The notes below the pieces were generated by a model. That model was not told the origin of the DNA. It did not search any database and was given only the letters and a program-made list of their open reading frames with translations. Positions 17,758 to 27,103 of a stretch of DNA of 64,000 nt are shown in pieces. The position numbers and the translations under genes were made by a program. Origin of the DNA: an uncultured Bacteroidota bacterium (GTDB taxonomy: Bacteria; Bacteroidota; Bacteroidia; Bacteroidales; SZUA-534); the NCBI GenBank assembly GCA_946414435.1, contig CAMKOM010000009.1, positions 17,277-81,276 on the forward strand. Direction: 5' to 3'. Each line of letters starts with the position of its first letter. The stretch's first letter is position 1.

Positions 17758-18732
17758 TTATTCGAAGGGATAGCGCAACCCGATGCGTTGGCGCATGGCG
17801 TCTAATAGTTTCATGCTCGATTCGGTGTCGTCGAGTGTGCGAAGCGGATTCTCAGTAAGTCCTTGGCGCAGGCAGTCTGTCACCGATTGTGCTTCGTAGT
17901 CATAACCGGCAGTGGTACGGCGGTCGTTGAAGGTTTCCGCTACTTTCTCACCAATTATCAGCTGTGCACGACGGCTCATGTGGAAATCGCTGACAATTAT
18001 TTTTCCATTGGTCCCAATTATGTAGGCGTCGTTCACTAATAATGCGTCGGAACTTGTTGCATACAAACCTGATACGCCATTTTTATATTCAACTTGAATG
18101 GAATCGACATTATCAATTCCACGGTCGGTCATTTGGGCGGTTATCGAGTAACTTTTCTCGACCGACTGTGCCATCATCCGACCGAAATTCAAGTTGTAGA
18201 CGGCAAGATCTAACAGTGAGCCAGCGGCCAAATTCGGATTGAAGAATCGGCCTTGAGGGTCATTGCGCATGACGAAACCTAAATTGGCTTGAATCAGTTC
18301 GATGTGTCCTAAAACACCCGAACGCACCCACTCAAGCGCTTTCTGTGTCGTAGGTAAGAAATTGGTCCAAAAAGCCTCCATCAAAAACAGGTGGCGACGC
18401 TCGGCTTCGGCCCGCATGATAGCAAATTCCGCAGCATTGACAGTTATTGGCTTCTCACAAAGCACGTGCTTGCCGTGTTTCAAGCAGAGCATTGTGTGCT
18501 CGAGATGAAAATTGTGTGGCGTGGCAATGTAAACAATGTCTATGTCGGCATCGGCAGCCAATTCGGCGTAACTGCCATAGGCACGAGCTATTCCGAACTT
18601 GTCGGCAAAAGCTTGCGCTCTAGATAAATCACGTGCAGCTACAGCCACAATCTTAGCCCCCTTTACACGACGGAAATCGCCTGCCATTTTCTCTGCTATC
18701 CAACCAGCCCCGATTATTCCCCATTTAATCAT
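17758..18732 (-). CDS. Gfo/Idh/MocA family oxidoreductase
   Basis: N-terminal Rossmann MIKWGIIGAGWIAEKM and the EKP motif (VLCEKPITVN). Confidence 0.85.
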   Translation of the reverse strand: MIKWGIIGAGWIAEKMAGDFRRVKGAKIVAVAARDLSRAQAFADKFGIARAYGSYAELAADADIDIVYIATPHNFHLEHTMLCLKHGKHVLCEKPITVNAAEFAIMRAEAERRHLFLMEAFWTNFLPTTQKALEWVRSGVLGHIELIQANLGFVMRNDPQGRFFNPNLAAGSLLDLAVYNLNFGRMMAQSVEKSYSITAQMTDRGIDNVDSIQVEYKNGVSGLYATSSDALLVNDAYIIGTNGKIIVSDFHMSRRAQLIIGEKVAETFNDRRTTAGYDYEAQSVTDCLRQGLTENPLRTLDDTESSMKLLDAMRQRIGLRYPFE

Positions 18733-18792
18733 AAGTTTACAATTTATAAGTTACAGGGTGAAAGATAATGCTTTTCTTATAATTTTCACATT

Positions 18793-19758
18793 CTATTCAG
18801 CCTTTTTCGCACTCACTTTCAGCACGTTCCGTTTGCAGGCGCTCACGCAGCGCTCACACAAGATGCACTGTGCGTTTTGTACCTTTTCAACGTTTCGCAC
18901 CGATTCCTTTACATCGATGAGCATCGGGCAGGCTTGCGAACAGGCGCCGCATTGGGTGCAGTCGGCAGATTTTACGGGTGTTATCTTGAAAATAGAGAAG
19001 CGGTAGAGCAGACTCGATATGGTCATAAACGGGCAGAGAAGGCGGCAGTAGGCGCGGCTTCCGCAGAGCATTGTCAGAAGGTAGCCGCCACCAATAATGA
19101 ACAGATTTTCAGCCACAATCCATTTTTTGCGCAGCAGTTCGTTCTCATCGCCTGCGGGATTGGTGAAGTAGTGCGCCACAGCAAAAGCCATCGCCACAAT
19201 CAAGAGCAGATAGCCCCACGCCAACCATGGTTTGCGCTTGAAGTTTCGGCCGTTTTTGCGGTTGGTAATCTCAAAAATGGCGCCGTCCCAACAGGCGCGT
19301 GAGCAGAAGGCATTGCCGAACACAAACGGAATTATCAGCCGAGCGATTACCAATTGGATGAGCGCGCCCGTGACCACACCTGCCTGAAAATCGAAGAAAA
19401 TCTGCTCGAACTGGAAATTTACGCCAAATACAAAGCCCAACATTATCAGCAACATACCGCCTACAATAATTTGCACAAGGCGGCGCATCGGCTGGCGCAG
19501 ACGCGGGTTGTTGATAACCAAAATGCGGGTTACAAGTTCGGTGGTGCCAATTCCGTTGAATAGAGCAAAGTAGCGAATGTCGCGTATCGCCCACACAATC
19601 AGCCCGATAAGCGTGAATATGGCGTAGGTGGCAATCGGAACGCTGTATTTTTTCAGCCAATATGTTCCGCCGCTACTCTTCGGTGCTGTCAGATTGCTTT
19701 TCAATATCTTCAGAATCTTCAGAATCAGACGATTGCGGAACGGCCTTAAGCAGTTCAA
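18793..19758 (-). CDS. membrane-bound 4Fe-4S ferredoxin-type protein (NapH/MauN-like)
   Basis: Several TM spans, then CTQCGACSQACP and CILCERCVSACK. The only canonical upstream start (ATG 19758) overlaps the preceding FKBP gene by 86 nt, so the start is uncertain. Confidence 0.65.
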   Translation of the reverse strand: MNCLRPFRNRLILKILKILKSNLTAPKSSGGTYWLKKYSVPIATYAIFTLIGLIVWAIRDIRYFALFNGIGTTELVTRILVINNPRLRQPMRRLVQIIVGGMLLIMLGFVFGVNFQFEQIFFDFQAGVVTGALIQLVIARLIIPFVFGNAFCSRACWDGAIFEITNRKNGRNFKRKPWLAWGYLLLIVAMAFAVAHYFTNPAGDENELLRKKWIVAENLFIIGGGYLLTMLCGSRAYCRLLCPFMTISSLLYRFSIFKITPVKSADCTQCGACSQACPMLIDVKESVRNVEKVQNAQCILCERCVSACKRNVLKVSAKKAE

Positions 19759-20611
19759 CTTCGTAAATCACGGTGGTGAACGGTGGCACAATGCCCGTTG
19801 ACGAGCCTTTCTCGCCCCACGCCAAGTCTGACGGCAGAATCACCAACGCCCGCTGTCCTTCGCGCATACGGCCAATGGCGTCCTCAAGGCCTGGAATTAC
19901 CTGAAGTTCAGTGCCATAGACAAACTCGAAGGGTTGGTTGCGTTTCACTGTTGAGTCGAAGAAACGGCCATTCAGGAAACGGCCTTCGTAGTTAACTGTC
20001 ACAATATCACCATATTCAACAGGCTTTCCCGAACCGTTGACAAGGCTGATGAAGTACATTCCCGACTCGGTCGGTTCAACCTCGATTTTCTCTTTTTCGA
20101 TGAAATTGTGAAGCACAAGTTTCTCATATTCACCGAAATCCTCAATCCATTTCAGGAATTCCTCTTTGTCGCGGCGGTATTGGTCTTCGGTGCGGATGTC
20201 ATCCATTCGGATGTCGATTTTCATTTTGTCGCCTTTCTTTATGAACGACGGCATCTGGCATTGCAATGTTTTTTGGAAGAAGTTCTCGGCATCGATAATG
20301 AACGATGCGCTGTCGCCTGCCGACATCATCAGAAAGCAGACGTCAATCGAGCCATCGAACTCTGGTTCAGTGAGTTGGAACGTGCGGTTGCCGACAAAGA
20401 ACGTCGAGTCGCTCATTGTCGAGTAGCAGAGTTGGCAGGTCACGTAGTCGCCTGCATTGGGTGGGCACACGGTGTCGCCAATCACAATCAACTTGTAGAG
20501 CACGCCATTTTTGCGCGAGTAGCCGTCGTGGCCGCCCGAACAAGCGGCAAACGCAAGCCCAATGGCTATTGCGGCAATCCATACCGATTTGATTTTCAAT
20601 TTCTTAAACAT
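19673..20611 (-). CDS. FKBP-type peptidyl-prolyl cis-trans isomerase lipoprotein
   Basis: Lipobox LAFAACSG. The C-terminal FKBP domain is GDIVTVNYEGRFLNGRFFDST...IPGLEDAIGRMREGQRALVILPSDLAWGEKG, followed by an acidic tail SSDSEDSEDIEKQSDSTEE. Confidence 0.8.
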   Translation of the reverse strand: MFKKLKIKSVWIAAIAIGLAFAACSGGHDGYSRKNGVLYKLIVIGDTVCPPNAGDYVTCQLCYSTMSDSTFFVGNRTFQLTEPEFDGSIDVCFLMMSAGDSASFIIDAENFFQKTLQCQMPSFIKKGDKMKIDIRMDDIRTEDQYRRDKEEFLKWIEDFGEYEKLVLHNFIEKEKIEVEPTESGMYFISLVNGSGKPVEYGDIVTVNYEGRFLNGRFFDSTVKRNQPFEFVYGTELQVIPGLEDAIGRMREGQRALVILPSDLAWGEKGSSTGIVPPFTTVIYEVELLKAVPQSSDSEDSEDIEKQSDSTEE

Positions 20612-20627
20612 TGCAATATGTTTTCAA

Positions 20628-21143
20628 TTAGTGGTTGGTTAAGTTAAGCAATTCTACTTGATAAACGATAGTCGAGCGGGGTGGAATTTTATCATTGTCG
20701 CCTGGAAGGCCGTGGGCAAGGTGTGGCGGCATTATGAACCGCGCCTTGTCGCCGCAGCGCATTAGCAAAATTCCCTCTTCGAGCCCCGACTCAACGCCGC
20801 CCTGACCAATCAGGAACGTTTTTTCGCCCGTGCTGTCCGATGAGTAGCAGAGCGTTCCGTCGAGCAGCGATACGGTGTATTTCAGGCTGGCAATCAATCC
20901 GTTGCGAGCGCTGTCGCCCGTTCCGTGCTCGTAAATCTGATACCAAAGTCCCGTTTCGGTGGTGCTCATTTCCCATTGGTGGCGTTCGGCGAAAGCCTCA
21001 ATCCGTTCCTTGTCGATGGTCACAAGCCCCTTGTTGGCCCGAATCAGGCTCTCTTTGCTCATTGGCACGCCCTTCTGGTCGGTTTTGTTGCAGCCCGCCG
21101 CAGCGGCCGCCAAAGCAATCAATATGGCGCACGCGGCTCTCAT
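20628..21143 (-). CDS. FKBP-type peptidyl-prolyl cis-trans isomerase lipoprotein
   Basis: Lipobox AAAAGCN. The FKBP core is KYTVSLLDGTLCYSS ... GLEEGILLMRCGDKARFIMPPHLAHG. Confidence 0.8.
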   Translation of the reverse strand: MRAACAILIALAAAAAGCNKTDQKGVPMSKESLIRANKGLVTIDKERIEAFAERHQWEMSTTETGLWYQIYEHGTGDSARNGLIASLKYTVSLLDGTLCYSSDSTGEKTFLIGQGGVESGLEEGILLMRCGDKARFIMPPHLAHGLPGDNDKIPPRSTIVYQVELLNLTNH

Positions 21144-22165
21144 TTTTCCAAATATTGCTCATATTCAGGCAGAACCTTCTCAAAATAGTAGATGGTTTTG
21201 CCGATGGTTTTGTGGAATTCGCCGCCTGCCGCGTTCAGGTGACCGCCGCCGCTGAAACGTTCGGCCGCCACTTTGTTTGCGGGGAACGAGCCGCGCGAGC
21301 GGAACGAGCATTTGGTCAGGCCGTCTTTTTCGGTGAAAAGCGCCGAAAAGTTGATGCCGTCAATCGTAAGTGGGTAGTTTACAAGCCCTTCGGTGTCGCC
21401 CTGCTGATTGTTGAAATCTTCGAGTTCCTTCTTTGTGAGCCAAATGTAGGCCGTCTGATATTTCGGAATCACCTTCATTTTTTTGTACAGACTGAAGCCC
21501 AAAAGCCGCAGCCGTGTTTCAGAGAAGTGATTGAAAACGTGGTCGATAATCTGGTCCTTCTCGATTTTCGACTCGAGCAGGCAGGCAATGATTCGGAACA
21601 CGTTCGGCGACGACGAGTTGTAGTTGAAGCAGCCCGTGTCGGTCATTATGCCCGTGAAGATGCAGGTGGCCACCGTGGTGTCGAGCACGTCGGTGCCTTC
21701 GAGTTCTGTAAGTAGTTCATACACAAGTTCCGACGTGCTGCTCGCCTCGGGGCGGCTGTAGGCCACGTCGGTGCGGATTTCGGGAAACGGATGGTGGTCA
21801 ATCAGCACGCGTTTGGCCGCGCTGGCGTCGAAACTCTTCACCGCGTCGCCCATTCGGGTGGGGCTGTTGAAGTCGGCCATAATCAGCAGTTCGGCGTCGG
21901 CGATAATGCGGTCGGCCTCTTCAGTCTGCGTCTTGTAGGTCACGATTTCGTCCACGCCTGGCAGCCATTTCAGGTTCTGCGGCATAAGGTCGGGCAGAAT
22001 GAAACGCGCGTCTTTACCTTTGTTTTTCAGATAGTTATATAGCGCCAATCCCGACCCCACAGCGTCGCCGTCGGGGTTTTTGTGCGATGTGATTACAATT
22101 CGGCTCGTGCTGTCAATCAGTCGGTTGACCTCATTCACAAAATCGTTGCTAATGTATTTTTCCAA
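21140..22165 (-). CDS. nrnA: DHH-family phosphoesterase (NrnA-type oligoribonuclease/pAp phosphatase)
   Basis: DHH motifs HKNPDGDAVGS and LIDHHPF, plus the DHHA1 GGGH motif (FSGGGHLNAAGG). Confidence 0.75.
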   Translation of the reverse strand: MEKYISNDFVNEVNRLIDSTSRIVITSHKNPDGDAVGSGLALYNYLKNKGKDARFILPDLMPQNLKWLPGVDEIVTYKTQTEEADRIIADAELLIMADFNSPTRMGDAVKSFDASAAKRVLIDHHPFPEIRTDVAYSRPEASSTSELVYELLTELEGTDVLDTTVATCIFTGIMTDTGCFNYNSSSPNVFRIIACLLESKIEKDQIIDHVFNHFSETRLRLLGFSLYKKMKVIPKYQTAYIWLTKKELEDFNNQQGDTEGLVNYPLTIDGINFSALFTEKDGLTKCSFRSRGSFPANKVAAERFSGGGHLNAAGGEFHKTIGKTIYYFEKVLPEYEQYLEK

Positions 22166-22183
22166 AACAGTTGTTTTTGAGTT

Positions 22184-23494
22184 TTACAATCTGATGATGT
22201 TTCCGCCTAAAGCGTTGATTCGCAGGTCGATGTCCTCATATCCGCGGTCAATCTGGTCGATGTTGTCGATGACCGACGTGCCCTTGGCCGAGAGCGCCGC
22301 AATGAGCATTGCCATACCTGCGCGGATGTCGGGGCTGGTCATATTGATGCCCTTCAGGCGGTGCTTGTTGTTCAGTCCGATGACGGTGGCGCGGTGCGGG
22401 TCGCAAAGGATTATCTGCGCGCCCATATCTATCAGTTTATCAACAAAAAACAATCGGCTCTCGAACATTTTCTGATGGAACAGCACGCTGCCGTTGGCCT
22501 GCGTGGCCACCACCAAAAGCACGCTCAAAAGGTCGGGGGTGAGCCCTGGCCACGGCGCGTCGTCGATGGTGAGTATCGAGCCGTCGATAAATGTCTCAAT
22601 TTCATAATGTTCCTGCGCGGGGATGAACAGGTCGTCGCCCCGCAGTTCCATTTGTATGCCCAACCGCTGGAACGCCCGCGGAATGATGCCCAAATTCTGA
22701 TACGATACATTGTTGATTGTCAGCGCCGAACGCGTCATTGCGGCCAAGCCGATGAAACTGCCAATCTCAATCATATCGGGCAGGATGGTGTGGTCGCAGC
22801 CGTTGAGCGACGTCACGCCCTCAATGGTGAGCAGGTTCGACCCGATGCCCGAAATGCGCGCGCCCATTTTGTTCAGCATTTTGCAAAGTTGCTGAATATA
22901 AGGCTCGCAGGCGGCGTTGTAGATGGTGGTTGTGCCTTGCGCCATTACGGCCGTCAGAATAATGTTGGCCGTGCCCGTCACCGACGCCTCGTCGAGCAGC
23001 ATATATGTGCCTTTCAGGTTTTTACCTTCAACGTTGTAGAATTTTCCGTCAGAGTTGTACTCAAATTTCGCGCCCAAATTCTGCAGGCCGATGAAGTGCG
23101 TGTCCAATCGGCGCCGACCGATTTTGTCGCCGCCTGGTTTGGGAATGTACGCCTTGCCGAACCTTGCCAACAACGGCCCCACAAGCATTACCGAGCCGCG
23201 GATTTTGGCTGTTTTTTCGGCAAACTCGCGCGATTGCAGATATTCGGGCTGGATGTTGTCGGCCTTGAATCGGCACGTGTGCTTGTCGATGTGCTCAACG
23301 GTGACGCCCATATCGGCAATGATGTCGATGAGCGTGTTCACGTCGCGTATGCAGGGAATGTTGCGGATTATGACTTCCTGGTCGGTGAGCAGAACGGCGC
23401 ACAACACTTGCAGCGCCTCGTTTTTTGCACCCTGCGGCGTGATTGAGCCGCTGAGTTTGCAACTGCCGTTAATTTGGAATTTATTGACACTCAT
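22184..23494 (-). CDS. murA: UDP-N-acetylglucosamine 1-carboxyvinyltransferase
   Basis: 436 aa. PQGAKNEALQVLCAVLL and GGDKIGRRRLDTH are typical MurA/EPSP-fold motifs. Confidence 0.95.
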   Translation of the reverse strand: MSVNKFQINGSCKLSGSITPQGAKNEALQVLCAVLLTDQEVIIRNIPCIRDVNTLIDIIADMGVTVEHIDKHTCRFKADNIQPEYLQSREFAEKTAKIRGSVMLVGPLLARFGKAYIPKPGGDKIGRRRLDTHFIGLQNLGAKFEYNSDGKFYNVEGKNLKGTYMLLDEASVTGTANIILTAVMAQGTTTIYNAACEPYIQQLCKMLNKMGARISGIGSNLLTIEGVTSLNGCDHTILPDMIEIGSFIGLAAMTRSALTINNVSYQNLGIIPRAFQRLGIQMELRGDDLFIPAQEHYEIETFIDGSILTIDDAPWPGLTPDLLSVLLVVATQANGSVLFHQKMFESRLFFVDKLIDMGAQIILCDPHRATVIGLNNKHRLKGINMTSPDIRAGMAMLIAALSAKGTSVIDNIDQIDRGYEDIDLRINALGGNIIRL

Positions 23495-23829
23495 TTCGAG
23501 TCGAGCTTTTCTGATTTTGCGGCAAATTATGCAAAATGGAAAGCGCCCGAAAACGTCGGCTTTTCAACTTTTTAAAAAGTTATGCACAAAATTGAAGGAC
23601 AGCAGACAACGGACAACGGACAACAGATGATGTTGACCGTGGATGCCGGGAACGCATTTTTTTCTAACCGATTGATTCCGATTTAAACCGAATTTAAATG
23701 CGTAGGGACGAAAAATCTTTCGCCCCTACACATAATCAATATTTTATCAAATTTCTCTGCGTAACGCTCGCGTCTATAATTTGCGCTTCCGACATTAGGC
23801 TCGGAAACTCAAACTATAACTTCCAACTC

Positions 23830-24294
23830 TCACCTAATCAGCTTCATATGCTCAATGTCGGTGTCCTTCTCGCAGTAGCAGCATTTGAGCTTGACTTTGC
23901 CGTCGTTTATCACGCGGAATTTCGTCGGGATGTTCTCGTGGTTGGTGATGCACTTCGGGTTCATACAGCGCGCGATGTTGAAAATCTGCTCGGGAACGTT
24001 CACCTGGCGCTTCTCAACAACTTCGTAATTTCTTATTATATTGAGTTTTGCGTGCGGTGCGACGAGTGCGATTTTGTCCACTTCAATGTCTTCGAAAAAC
24101 TTGTCGGCGATTTTGATGATGGCTTTGCGGCCCAACTTCTCGCTGGGCAGATTGTAGCCGAAAGTTATCTGACTTTCAGTCAGTTGGTCGAGTCCTAAGA
24201 TTGATATGACGTTGAACAGGTTCTGTGCCGGAATATGGTCGATTACGGTTCCGTTCTCGATGGCCGAAACGCTCAAGGTTTTTGTGTTCTTCAT
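23830..24294 (-). CDS. pyrI: aspartate carbamoyltransferase regulatory subunit
   Basis: 154 aa. IENGTVIDHIP plus the C-terminal zinc domain CMNPKCITN...KCCYCEK. Confidence 0.9.
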   Translation of the reverse strand: MKNTKTLSVSAIENGTVIDHIPAQNLFNVISILGLDQLTESQITFGYNLPSEKLGRKAIIKIADKFFEDIEVDKIALVAPHAKLNIIRNYEVVEKRQVNVPEQIFNIARCMNPKCITNHENIPTKFRVINDGKVKLKCCYCEKDTDIEHMKLIR

Positions 24295-24303
24295 AGTCTG
24301 ATT

Positions 24304-25212
24304 TTATTTGAGTTGCAGTACTTTACAAATTATCGCCTGACGGGTGTAGACGCCGTTCTGCGCCTGCTCAAAGTAGTAGGCCTTCGGGTTGTCGTCAACG
24401 TCGGTGCTGATTTCGTTCACGCGCGGCAGCGGGTGCAGAATCTTCATATTCGGCTTGGTGTGGTCGAGCATACTGTTTTTCAGAATATAAACGTTCTTAA
24501 CCTTCTCATACTCAAGCGGGTCGGCAAAGCGCTCACGCTGAACGCGGGTCATATACAGAATGTCGCAGTCGTTGATGTTGGGCGCCAACTCGGTGTGCTC
24601 TTCAAACGGTATGTTGCGCTGTTGCAAGAAGGTGCGATACTCTTCGGGCAACCGCAACTCTTCGGGCGCGATGAAACTGAACGTCGGGTTGAAGTGTGAC
24701 AGCGCCATAATGAGCGAGTGCACCGTGCGACCGTATTTCAAGTCGCCAACCATTGTAATCTTCAGATTCTCAAGCGTTCCCTGCGTTTTGGTGATTGAGT
24801 ACAGGTCGAGCAGGCATTGCGACGGGTGCTGGTTGGCGCCGTCGCCGGCGTTGATAATCGGCACCTTCGAAATCTCTGATGCGTAACGTGCCGCGCCTTC
24901 GAGCGGGTGGCGCATAATGATAAGGTCGACGTAGCAGCCCACCATTAAAATGGTGTCTTTCAGCGTCTCGCCTTTCGAAACGCTTGTCTGCGAACTGTCC
25001 GAAAAGCCTAAAACCTTGCCGCCCAACCGGTTGACGGCGCTCTCAAAACTCAACCGCGTGCGTGTCGATGGCTCGAAGAACAGTGTGGCAGCCACTTTGC
25101 CGTCGAGCAGTTTCTGAACCGGATTCTTCTCGAAGTAGGCCGCAAGGTCCATAATCTCAAGATAGTCGTCTTTCGAGTAATCGTCTATCGCAACTAAACT
25201 TTTGTATTTCAT
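24304..25212 (-). CDS. pyrB: aspartate carbamoyltransferase catalytic subunit
   Basis: [13 protein letters not shown], the HPSQ motif ([11 protein letters not shown]) and the HPLPR motif ([11 protein letters not shown]). Confidence 0.95.
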   Translation of the reverse strand: MKYKSLVAIDDYSKDDYLEIMDLAAYFEKNPVQKLLDGKVAATLFFEPSTRTRLSFESAVNRLGGKVLGFSDSSQTSVSKGETLKDTILMVGCYVDLIIMRHPLEGAARYASEISKVPIINAGDGANQHPSQCLLDLYSITKTQGTLENLKITMVGDLKYGRTVHSLIMALSHFNPTFSFIAPEELRLPEEYRTFLQQRNIPFEEHTELAPNINDCDILYMTRVQRERFADPLEYEKVKNVYILKNSMLDHTKPNMKILHPLPRVNEISTDVDDNPKAYYFEQAQNGVYTRQAIICKVLQLK

Positions 25213-25318
25213 ACTGTTGTCATTTTAGGCAGGATGCCTGTTTTCGGGGTTTAAATATATTTTTATCGTCAAAGCGATACGAAAAAACCTACAAACAATT
25301 TATTCACAAAGTTGATTT

Positions 25319-25475
25319 AGATTTAGGATTTAGGAATTAGGCACTAGGCACTAGGCATTAGGCACTAGGCATTAGGCACTAGGGATTAGGGATTAGGCAC
25401 TAGGGATTAGGAATTAGGAATTAGGCACTAGGGATTAGGTGTTGGGCATTAGGTATTGGGTGTTGGGTGACGGTT
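25319..25475 (+). repeat. degenerate heptanucleotide tandem array, ~22 units GG(C/G/A)A(C/T)TA
   Basis: GG dinucleotides fall at 25326, 25333, 25340 ... 25466, exactly every 7 nt (checked position by position). Units are ggcacta, ggcatta, gggatta, ggaatta and ggtgttg. Confidence 0.9.
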
Positions 25476-25590
25476 AATTATGAATTACGAATCATTACAC
25501 ATTACTCTTCAAACTTCAATCTTTAAACTTTACTCTTTACACCTTACTCGAATTTGTCCGTCGTCTGTAGTCTGAAGTCCGTCGTCCAAA
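25476..25590 (+). repeat. continuation of the composite element: AT-rich heptad-like units then TCCGTCG TCTGTAG TCTGAAG TCCGTCG
   Basis: Reads as attacac attactc ttcaaac ttcaatc tttaaac tttactc tttacac cttactc ... tccgtcg tctgtag tctgaag tccgtcg. The module order is shared with the 46.0-46.2 kb element in inverted orientation. Confidence 0.7.
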
Positions 25591-25669
25591 AAACTTTCCC
25601 CCTAAACTTTTAATACACCAATTCACCAAAATCCCTACCTTCGCACATTGTTTTAAAAAATATCCAATT

Positions 25670-27100
25670 ATGATAACTTTCATTGTATCAGTTTTGGCAC
25701 TTGTGCTCGGATATGTGTTCTACGGTGCCTTTGTTGAGCGCGTGTTTGGTATCGATGCCAACCGCCAAACACCTGCGTTTTCAAAGCAGGACGGCGTGGA
25801 CTACATTCCTATGCCGCTTTGGAAAGTGTTTCTGATTCAGTTTCTTAACATTGCGGGCACGGGCCCCATTTTCGGCGCCATTGGCGGCATTCTGTTCGGC
25901 CCCGCGGCCTACCTTTGGATTGTGCTGGGCTGCATTTTCGGCGGCGCGGTTCACGATTTTATGTCGGGAATGATTTCGCTGCGGAAAGACGGCGCGTCGC
26001 TGCCCGAGATTGTGGGCGACGAACTGGGGCTGGGCGTGCGTCAGGTGATGCGCGTCTTCTCATTGTTGCTGATGGTGATGGTGGGCGCTGTATTTGTAAC
26101 CACGCCTGCAGGTCTGCTCGAAGGACTGACCCCGACAGCGGGCTTCATCGGCAGCAAGACGTTCTGGTGCATTATCATTTTCTGCTATTATATGATGGCC
26201 ACGCTGCTGCCAATCGACACGCTCATTGGTAAGATTTACCCCGTGTTCGGACTGGCGCTGCTCATTATGGCCGCAGGCGTTTTCATTGGCATTTTCAGCC
26301 ATAGCGGCCCGATGCCCGAAATCACCGAAGCCTTCCATACTCACCACCCTAAAGGGTTGAGTATCTTTCCGTTCCTGTTCATAACCATTGCCTGTGGCGC
26401 CATAAGCGGATTCCACGCCACGCAGAGCCCGATGATGGCCCGCTGCCTGAAAAACGAGCGCTACGGCCGCATTGCCTTCTACGGGGCGATGATTACCGAA
26501 GGCTTTGTGGCTCTGATTTGGGCCGCCGCCGCAATCAAGTACGCTGGCGGAACGTCGGAAGGGCTGGCGCTGAAGATGAACGGCAACCCTGCCAACATTG
26601 TCAACTTCATTTGCAACGACTGGATGGGCCGCATAGGCGCCGTTCTGGCCATTCTGGGTGTTGTGGCCGCCCCAATCACTTCGGGCGACACCGCACTGCG
26701 CTCGGCTCGACTCATTACCGCTGATTTTCTGCACTTTCCGCAGAACACCGTGCCCAAGCGTCTTGCCGTTTCGGTGCCAATCTTCGCCATTTCAGCCGTG
26801 CTGATGCTTATCGATTTCGCCGTGCTCTGGCGCTATTTCGGCTGGTTCAACCAAACGCTGTCAATCTTCACCCTGTGGGCAATCACGGCCTATCTCTACC
26901 GCCACGGACGCCGCTATATAATCACGCTCATTCCCGCCATTTTTATGACGTCGGTCTGCAGCACCTATATATTATTGGCGCCCGAAGGACTCAGCCTGCC
27001 GCCCGTCTGGGGCTACTCAATCGGCCTGGTGTTCACTGCGGTGCTGTCGTTTATTGCCATTCGGTATATAATCAAAACGAAAACTAAAAACGAAAACTAA
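25670..27100 (+). CDS. cstA: carbon starvation protein A family transporter
   Basis: 476 aa and polytopic. FLNIAGTGPIFGAIGG and ACGAISGFHATQSPMMARC are CstA-family motifs. The last 8 codons (KTKTKNEN) run into a 14-bp tandem repeat. Confidence 0.85.
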   Translation: MITFIVSVLALVLGYVFYGAFVERVFGIDANRQTPAFSKQDGVDYIPMPLWKVFLIQFLNIAGTGPIFGAIGGILFGPAAYLWIVLGCIFGGAVHDFMSGMISLRKDGASLPEIVGDELGLGVRQVMRVFSLLLMVMVGAVFVTTPAGLLEGLTPTAGFIGSKTFWCIIIFCYYMMATLLPIDTLIGKIYPVFGLALLIMAAGVFIGIFSHSGPMPEITEAFHTHHPKGLSIFPFLFITIACGAISGFHATQSPMMARCLKNERYGRIAFYGAMITEGFVALIWAAAAIKYAGGTSEGLALKMNGNPANIVNFICNDWMGRIGAVLAILGVVAAPITSGDTALRSARLITADFLHFPQNTVPKRLAVSVPIFAISAVLMLIDFAVLWRYFGWFNQTLSIFTLWAITAYLYRHGRRYIITLIPAIFMTSVCSTYILLAPEGLSLPPVWGYSIGLVFTAVLSFIAIRYIIKTKTKNEN

Positions 27101-27103
27101 AAA

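Noticed and set aside
22361-23446. A 361-aa plus-strand ORF lies opposite murA. Similar long antisense ORFs occur at 4341-5210, 11188-11769, 20840-21715, 33435-34397, 58747-60033 and 60734-61606.
   Set aside because: They are shadow ORFs on the strand opposite strongly motif-supported genes in GC-rich DNA. Their translations are R/A/G/H-rich with no recognisable motifs.
25213-25260. The hairpin CAGGCA-TCC-TGCCTG just upstream of the pyrB start could be a pyrimidine attenuator.
   Set aside because: There is no adjacent U-run, leader peptide or PyrR-binding-loop-like sequence that I can recognise. The evidence is insufficient.
25319-25475. TTAGG-containing heptads resemble telomere-like repeats (TTAGGG/TTAGG).
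   Set aside because: The units are 7 nt and degenerate. They are embedded between ordinary bacterial genes in a contiguous chromosome segment, and the same period occurs with unrelated unit sequences elsewhere. A telomere interpretation is unsupported.
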